DNA of 57,067 nucleotides from a virus (Duplodnaviria; Caudoviricetes): IMG/VR virus record IMGVR_UViG_3300005325_000006, positions 1 to 57,067 of that record; one strand, 5' to 3'. Shown piece by piece: positions 50,879 to 57,067 of this stretch (position 1 is its first letter; each line of letters starts with the position of its first letter). The notes under the pieces were generated by a model. It saw only the letters and a program-made list of their open reading frames with translations, ran no database searches and was not told where the DNA came from. The position numbers and the translations under genes were made by a program.

Positions 50879-51427
50879 ATGGTAACGAAAGAAGAGTTGA
50901 AAACCATTCTTGAGAAACACAAGAAATGGTTGATGGGTGAAGATGGGGGAGAAAAGGCCGACCTCAGTTATTCCAACCTCAGTGGTTCCGACCTCAGTGG
51001 TTCCGACCTCCGTGGTTCCGACCTCCGTGGTTCCGACCTCAGTGGTTCCGACCTCCGTTATTCCGACCTCAGTGGTTCCGACCTCAGTGGTTCCAACCTC
51101 AGTGGTTCCGACCTCCGTGGTTCCGACCTCAGTTATTCCAACCTCAGTTATTCCAACCTCAGTTATTCCAACCTCAGTGGTTCCGACCTCAGTGGTTCCG
51201 ACCTCCGTGGTTCCGACCTCAGTTATTCCAACCTCGATTTCTCATCGGGGTTTTCATTCCGTTGTTCATCGTTTGGCGCGATCATTGATCTCCGTATTGG
51301 TGCACAGATGGCATATCATTTCTGCCGGATGAAGACCGAAGATCCGGAAGTGAAGTCCGCGCAGGAAGCGATCAAAGTGTTGGCAAACAAGTTCCACCGT
51401 GTCGACGAATGCGGGAAGATCGAATAA
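50879..51427 (+). CDS. Pentapeptide repeat protein
   Basis: ILEKHKKWL start; 19 S(D/N)L(S/R)(G/Y) units; TATA at 50844-50858. Confidence 0.93.
   Translation: MVTKEELKTILEKHKKWLMGEDGGEKADLSYSNLSGSDLSGSDLRGSDLRGSDLSGSDLRYSDLSGSDLSGSNLSGSDLRGSDLSYSNLSYSNLSYSNLSGSDLSGSDLRGSDLSYSNLDFSSGFSFRCSSFGAIIDLRIGAQMAYHFCRMKTEDPEVKSAQEAIKVLANKFHRVDECGKIE
50957..51241 (+). repeat. 19 x 15-nt tandem repeat TCC RAC CTC MGT (GGT/TAT)
   Basis: Read directly. Confidence 0.95.
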
Positions 51428-51506
51428 CCCTTTCTTCTTTTTAGTAAAATATAAATACTCATAAAGACTATTGTTGTATATCAAAAAAAACAAGGTGAAA
51501 GAAACG

Positions 51507-54500
51507 ATGGTAAAAACAATGTTTAAAGCAACACTAACCTTTGAATGTTTTGTCATGGGTAATGACAAGGCAGATGCGTATGACAAGGTAACGACCATTG
51601 ACGCAAAAAAAGTGCTAAAAGCATCCAAACTGAAAAAATGCGAGATAGAAGATCACCATTATGACATTCTTGATAACTGATAACAAGGTGAAAGAAACGA
51701 TGAAAGAAATTGTAGCAACAAAAAATGGAAAATTGGAGCGTTTTGTAGTAGAGGTGTTGGCAATTCCAGCAAGCAACGGAGATCCAACGTTTACTGTACG
51801 CATCTCACACCCCCACGGACAAATATATTCTCAGTCCCGCACACACGAATCGGCATCAAAACTATTTGAGAGATCCCTCAAATCTATTGAACCCTATATT
51901 TACTCTTACGGTGGATTATGATGTGCAAATCAGAAGAGTGCATAACGTGTGCAGAGTATCTGGATTGTGCCACGGAGACGCTTAGCGAGATGGAACGGGC
52001 GTTACAGGGCACGATCTTTGCGGATGATGAGACGTTTGATCCAGAACGGTTCTTGCAGCGGGGGGATTACTGATGAAACAATACGAATATATTTATGTGG
52101 TTAGCAGAAAAGGGCATTTCAATTTCTGTGATCCGACCCAAGAAAGCATCTCGACACACATTGCGGTAATGAACCCGGATGGATCAAAAAAGATGTACTG
52201 TAACATTAGTACTGATATTGAGATCGACGGTGATTATGATATTGTTGCTTATATTGACGACTATCTGAAAAGGGTGTGGTCTTCTGATCACGACGAGATA
52301 AAAAAGTTCCGTCAATATCTGATCGATAATTGGGATGATTTGACTCTCGGGAACTGGCAGCAAGAGTTACGGCGCATTACAAAAAACAGGGATAAATTAA
52401 ATGAAAGAATATCGGAACTCGAAATTTACTTGTCTGGAAGAGGATATTTTGAGAAGGGGGCGTGGGTTGAATGATCGATCCCGATAAAGGATTAGACGAA
52501 CCGCGCCGATATCCGGACGAGTATGATCAGTTTGCAGAAGAGATCAATAAACAGATGGGGGAAGAATGAGCAACTATTGGAACGAACCAGGGATATGCAG
52601 GAATTGCGAAACAGTCGATTGTAACAAATCCCCCGGAGAATGTGAAAACGATGCGCGGGAATCTGAAGGGGATCGTAAGTATCATCTAATGCGTGAAGGT
52701 GATGATTGATGCCAACAGTTCCGTGTAATGCGTGTTGCGGAGAGGGAGTATTTAGAACTTCGATAACCGGAGAGGTTATCTGTGTGTGCCCCGCGTGTAA
52801 CGGGGTTGGATCTGTCTGGAAAGACGAACATAAAAAAAAGGTGAAATAATGAACGCAAAAGCAGAACAACGCAGTTTATCCGAGTGCCCATTGCCGGAAG
52901 AAACGATCAAAGATCCTCTTACTATGGTATGGCAGTTAGACGGGGATATCTTAAAATTGGAAAAACAGATTGAAGCGATCCGAGACGAACGCGAGAAATA
53001 TCTATCTTATGCGATCAAGAACGGGATAGACGAGGACTCGCAGTGTAAGATGGAGATTGTAACGGTCACCCCCAAACAAACCGTCGATCTCTCACTTCTC
53101 CGCACAAAATACAAAAAGGCGTGGGACCGGATCTGGCAAAGCAAAAAACAGGAAGCGCGGGATGCGGTTGATCTGTTTGGAACGAATCCGGAAGAATGTA
53201 AAGCGGAGTTCTCTGTAACCCAACCAGAAGTTAAGAAAGCACTGAAAGCCGATAACGTTATTATCGACGTTGTGCTGCATCGCGTAGGGCAAACACGGAT
53301 TGATTATAAGGTGGTTAAGAAATGAACGAGAAACCAACATACCAGAACAAGATCGGCAAGATCGTAAAACAGGACAGCCATACGATCACAATTGAGGATC
53401 AGTATGGAAAAGAACACACGTTAGCTAAAGAACCCGGCGGGAAAATCCACGGGATGCTTGAAGGAACAGCGAACGGTGATGCCGGAGAATGGAACAAGAA
53501 CAGAAACGGGTTCTGCGTGTTCTGGTCAACCACTAAAAAATCAGAGAATACTAATACGGTTAAATCCGTAAGTTCCGATCCGTTACCCGCGCAGGAAGTA
53601 AAAGAACGCGCTGAGAAAGCGGGGTTTGTTGTAACCCCCGATGCGCAGAATGTTATCGCAAAAGAGAACGCGGACGGGGATGCACGGATCAAGGAGAACG
53701 AAGTGGCCACCATTGAGATCATGGAAGATCATATCAAATCCGTAATGAAACTCTTGCCTCAGTCAGAACGAACCGGATGCAGGATCGCGTTAATGTCGGC
53801 GCTCAATTCGGCATTAGAGATCCGCGCGCAGTCAAACGATCAGAAGATGCCGTTAAAGGATTTGGCAAAAGAGATCCGGAAAGAAGCGTTAGGAATATTC
53901 TTGTGGGAAGATTCGTTGACGACAGGATTATTTATCAAGAGGGAATAATGGATAAACTCACTTCTAATCACACCCATTATCCCGACTTTATCGAAATATC
54001 TCAGAAAGGCGTTAAGGTCCACATCGCGCTTAACTTTGACGATCCTATCGGGTGCCGGGATAGGATCGACGAAAGCCTTTCCATAAAATCCTACGCGGTG
54101 CAAACATATTTAAAATATCGGGATCCAATATTGGAGAAGAAGATTGAGAAGGAGATAAACAAATAATGGTATTGGCATACGTTGATTGGGTTCGGGCTAA
54201 AAGAGACGTGCTGCAAGCGATTAGAGCATGTTCAAAAAACAACCGGTTCGTCCGTGCAACAATCATATCCGATCCATCATCAAAAACCAGGATCGGTTTA
54301 AACATTTCTCTGGTATCAGTTGCGTATCAGTTAAACGGAGAGTTGCTGCCGTAATGGATCGACATGTAAGATGGCCGGTATATTCTCAAAGCGGGCACGG
54401 TAAGACATATATTAAACCGGATGGTTGGAAATGACATTAATAAATGATATATTCAATGGGAAATATTGTGTTAGTGGAAACACGTATATAGTTGAGTATA

Positions 54501-54763
54501 AAGGAGATCTCCCACGACATCTCGGGTTTGATAAAGTAAGATATAATACGTTCCTTGACGCTTTGAAAGGTGCTGAGAAATGGGCCCCGTCACCAGATCC
54601 GGAAGACGACCGGATCCTTATCTGGGAAGTGTTACCGAGCGGGCATAAAAAAGTAGTCTGGCATTTCAGCGGGTGGCATTGGATACCGGACGAGTTCGGA
54701 GATCAGGGACGGTATTGGGACCACAAGAAATCATTATATGAAGAATGCATGGATGATTACTGA
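51507..54763 (+). other. Run of hypothetical ORFs (51507-51680, 51700-51921, 52073-52474, DnaJ-type Zn finger from 52709, 52849-53325, 53322-53948, 53948-54166, 54425-54763)
   Basis: Promoter at 51446-51459; GGTGA RBS; coupling. Confidence 0.7.
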
Positions 54764-54791
54764 TAATTGAAGCATTCAAAAGGTTTTCCCA

Positions 54792-55394
54792 ATGATCGGA
54801 TCCGTATCATGCCCACAACGCAGGAGAGTTAACAACCGGCGCACAGAACAACAGAAATGGCGCACATCTCCCGAATGGAAAGAATTTGTAAGGGTGCATA
54901 CCGAAGGAAGAGAATGCGTGCATTGTAAAGGCAAAACGGGAGAGATCAGAGGAAAACGGAAACCCATAAAACTTACAGTCAATCATATTTCACGCCGCAA
55001 ATATATCTCAAAAGAAGAGTATTTAACGTGGGATGATGATTGTGAGGTTTGTTGCACCACGTGTAACTGGATGTTTGAAAAGGCAAAGAGGCCGTGCCCG
55101 AAATGTTTAATACGGTACATCCCGTGGTATGAACAGGAATGTGATACTTGTTATTACAAGGACCACCCGGAACAACTACGGAAAAAAGAGGAGGCGAAAC
55201 GTTTATTTAAACAGAAACAAAAAGAGAGTAAAGCCGAATCGGCTAAGAAACGCAAAGCGGCTTTGAACAAACATCCGTGCGCAGAACACGGAACTGAACG
55301 GAGATGTAAAGTTAACCGCCCGTTCCTTTGTCAGCATTCGGCGAAATGGGCAAAACAAAACTGTGAGAAATTCAGGGAGAGGGAAAAAGTATGA
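54792..55394 (+). CDS. HNH-like, Cys-rich putative nuclease
   Basis: CVHC...LTVNH...CTTCN. Confidence 0.55.
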   Translation: MIGSVSCPQRRRVNNRRTEQQKWRTSPEWKEFVRVHTEGRECVHCKGKTGEIRGKRKPIKLTVNHISRRKYISKEEYLTWDDDCEVCCTTCNWMFEKAKRPCPKCLIRYIPWYEQECDTCYYKDHPEQLRKKEEAKRLFKQKQKESKAESAKKRKAALNKHPCAEHGTERRCKVNRPFLCQHSAKWAKQNCEKFREREKV

Positions 55395-55722
55395 AATTTA
55401 TCTGCACAAACTGTATTGATGAAAAGTTAAGTGACGATCCATGTATATTGAATCTGAAAGGTGCAAAGAATCTGAAGTATGATCGGCACGGCTGGAAGAA
55501 AGCACTACGGAGATGCCCATTTGAAAACGAAGCGAATGGTAAATTTACAGGGGAATCTCCGGTTGCAGAATGGAGGAGAAAGAAATGAGTAAAGATCAAT
55601 GTCTAACCTGTGAGTATTACCAAGATTGTTTCTGGTTACTTAAATTAGTACAGATGTATTTATATCCGGAAAAATGTATGCAGTACCGGAAGAAAGCCGA
55701 ACGAAAATACGGGCGGTGATAT

Positions 55723-56049
55723 ATGGATTATATCTGCCACACCTGCCATAGTATCATTGACCGGAAACCGTGCCCGGTCTGCGGAGAGATCCATTTAGAG
55801 GAGATGTGCAAAGACGATCCGGGGGAATGCCATTGCGCGCATACTATTCATGAGAGTATCGTGATCTGTAACTCGTGCGGGCAGCCGGTGTGTCCGGGGT
55901 GTGGGTCGCATTCGGTCGTCGCTATCAGTCGTGTAACTGGATCGAAGAGCAAGTCGTGCGCTTCTCTTCACGGAAATTTACAGGACGTTAGCGGCTGGAA
56001 TAATGGAAAGATAGCAGAACTTAAAGACAGGGTAAGGACCAAAATATGA
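55723..56049 (+). CDS. Stand-alone NrdD C-terminal (zinc ribbon plus glycyl-radical loop) protein, interrupted by a 33-nt insert
   Basis: CPGCGSHSV..ISRVTG[insert]LQDVSGWNNGKIAELKDR; GGTGAT RBS. Confidence 0.9.
   Translation: MDYICHTCHSIIDRKPCPVCGEIHLEEMCKDDPGECHCAHTIHESIVICNSCGQPVCPGCGSHSVVAISRVTGSKSKSCASLHGNLQDVSGWNNGKIAELKDRVRTKI
55943..55975 (+). other. Candidate bulge-helix-bulge (archaeal-type) mRNA intron
   Basis: Removal gives GGA T|AT TTA = G-Y-L; both junctions lie after the second base of 3-nt bulges. Confidence 0.8.
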
Positions 56050-56486
56050 TTAAGGAGGAAACAATGTCAGAAACGTATTACGTTGTGTTTACAGAATACG
56101 GGCAGATGATCCCATTTGAAAAAGGAGACACTATAATTCAATGAAAAGGATAAAGGAAAAGTATATTAAGTAAGAGTGAGAATATTAGTTATCATGGAGC
56201 ACCTTAAATCTTGTATCCCGGGTCAGATCCGGGCCGCTCCATCGGGGGTATGCGCTAGACCAAGGGTATATCCCATTCGCAAGCACACATTAGTTGTAAT
56301 TGGGGGCCCACAACCCTCTTACAACCTTTCCCGGTGTCGGGTGGTAAAATATGGAAATCAATACGATCAAACCCGTGTTTTCATTCCATCTTCTTTCACC
56401 TTGTCAGTCGCCATCTGGCCCCGGGATATTTTTTGCACGTCCTCTTTTAAGATAAATATAAATACTTGCGAGTAATACAGTTATCT

Positions 56487-57067
56487 ATGTCAAAAAAGAC
56501 TGTGAAAGAAGCAACATGCGAACGTTGTGTATACGCGCACGACAACCCCTGTCCTGAAGAGATGGACGGGCTAACGAGACCCGATCTTAACTGTCGTAAT
56601 TTCCGGATCTTGCGGCTTTGGAAATCCTTGAAATATAAGGGTGGCAAGATCGTGTCTGGTTACGATGGATCTCCGTGGATTATTGGAGTGTGGAGGGCCG
56701 TTCCGAAACCGATCAAAGAATGTGACGGTCTGAACTGTTGCGAGTATATTCAGGATGCCATGGGATACGTAAACATGGAAATCCTTGCTGAGGTCGAGAT
56801 TGATGGACATGTGATAATTGGAGACGACAAGATCACATGTGAAAAGATGAGGATCTTAAAAGCGTATCATTGGGAGAAGGAAGATGCGGTTGCAATGTCC
56901 TCTTATGCGGCAGAACTTGTGATCGGGTATTATGAGCAGAAGTATCCGAACGATGATCGGCCTAGGAGAGCGATTGAAGCGGCAAAAGAATGGCTGAAGA
57001 CCCCACCCGCCGCCAATGCCGCCTATGCCGCCAATGCCGCCGCCAATGCCGCCGCCAATGCCGCCTA
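56487..57067 (+). CDS. Phage protein with Imm5-like segment and Ala-rich repeat, runs off the window end (not in ORF track)
   Basis: Open from ATG 56487: ...ILAEVEIDG...DKITCEKMRI...YPNDDRPRRAIEAAKEWL then AANAAYAANAAAN; TATA at 56454-56466. Confidence 0.88.
   Translation, partial: MSKKTVKEATCERCVYAHDNPCPEEMDGLTRPDLNCRNFRILRLWKSLKYKGGKIVSGYDGSPWIIGVWRAVPKPIKECDGLNCCEYIQDAMGYVNMEILAEVEIDGHVIIGDDKITCEKMRILKAYHWEKEDAVAMSSYAAELVIGYYEQKYPNDDRPRRAIEAAKEWLKTPPAANAAYAANAAANAAANAA

Larger units (their letters stand above)
1..57067. mobile_element. Near-complete genome of a tailed archaeal virus (siphovirus-like), probable methanogen host
   Basis: Packaging, head and tail genes all present; MCM helicase; GGTGA RBS and BRE/TATA promoters; both ends fall in the same repeat-containing gene; no integrase or DNA polymerase recognised. 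Confidence 0.92.

Noticed and set aside
55941-55977. Mini-intein explanation for the NrdD insert
   Set aside because: Far too short, followed by Leu rather than C/S/T, and protein splicing could not restore the Tyr
1-57067. Complete diversity-generating retroelement
   Set aside because: No reverse transcriptase, Avd or TR/VR pair recognised; only the codon-position pattern is suggestive

Overview
The window is essentially a whole ~57 kb genome of a tailed (Caudoviricetes, siphovirus-like) archaeal virus. It encodes TerS/TerL, portal, MuF, protease/scaffold, an HK97-type capsid, a full non-contractile tail module, an MCM helicase, two intact DNA methyltransferases plus a deleted remnant, an RNA ligase, and many small Cys-rich proteins. 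GGTGA ribosome-binding sites, BRE/TATA promoters and MCM indicate an archaeal host; a methanogen (Methanomicrobiales-like) is inferred. Both ends lie in the same Ala-rich repeat gene, so the molecule is probably circular or permuted and broken in that repeat. Strongest unexpected signals: (1) a 33-nt insertion (55943-55975) in a stand-alone NrdD glycyl-radical domain gene that folds as a bulge-helix-bulge; excision at the canonical BHB positions restores RVTG-Y-LQ, i.e. a candidate endonuclease-spliced intron in a viral mRNA; (2) three tRNA-like RNAs abutting head-to-tail on the minus strand (40690-41033), the middle one a 204-nt cloverleaf with a structured insert and a tmRNA-tag-like reading frame; (3) three genes with tandem repeats whose units vary almost only at codon positions 1-2. 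All family calls are by motif recognition, not database search. The ORF track gives the wrong strand for 23231..24094, 6306..6587 and 6457..6660 (all read on the minus strand).
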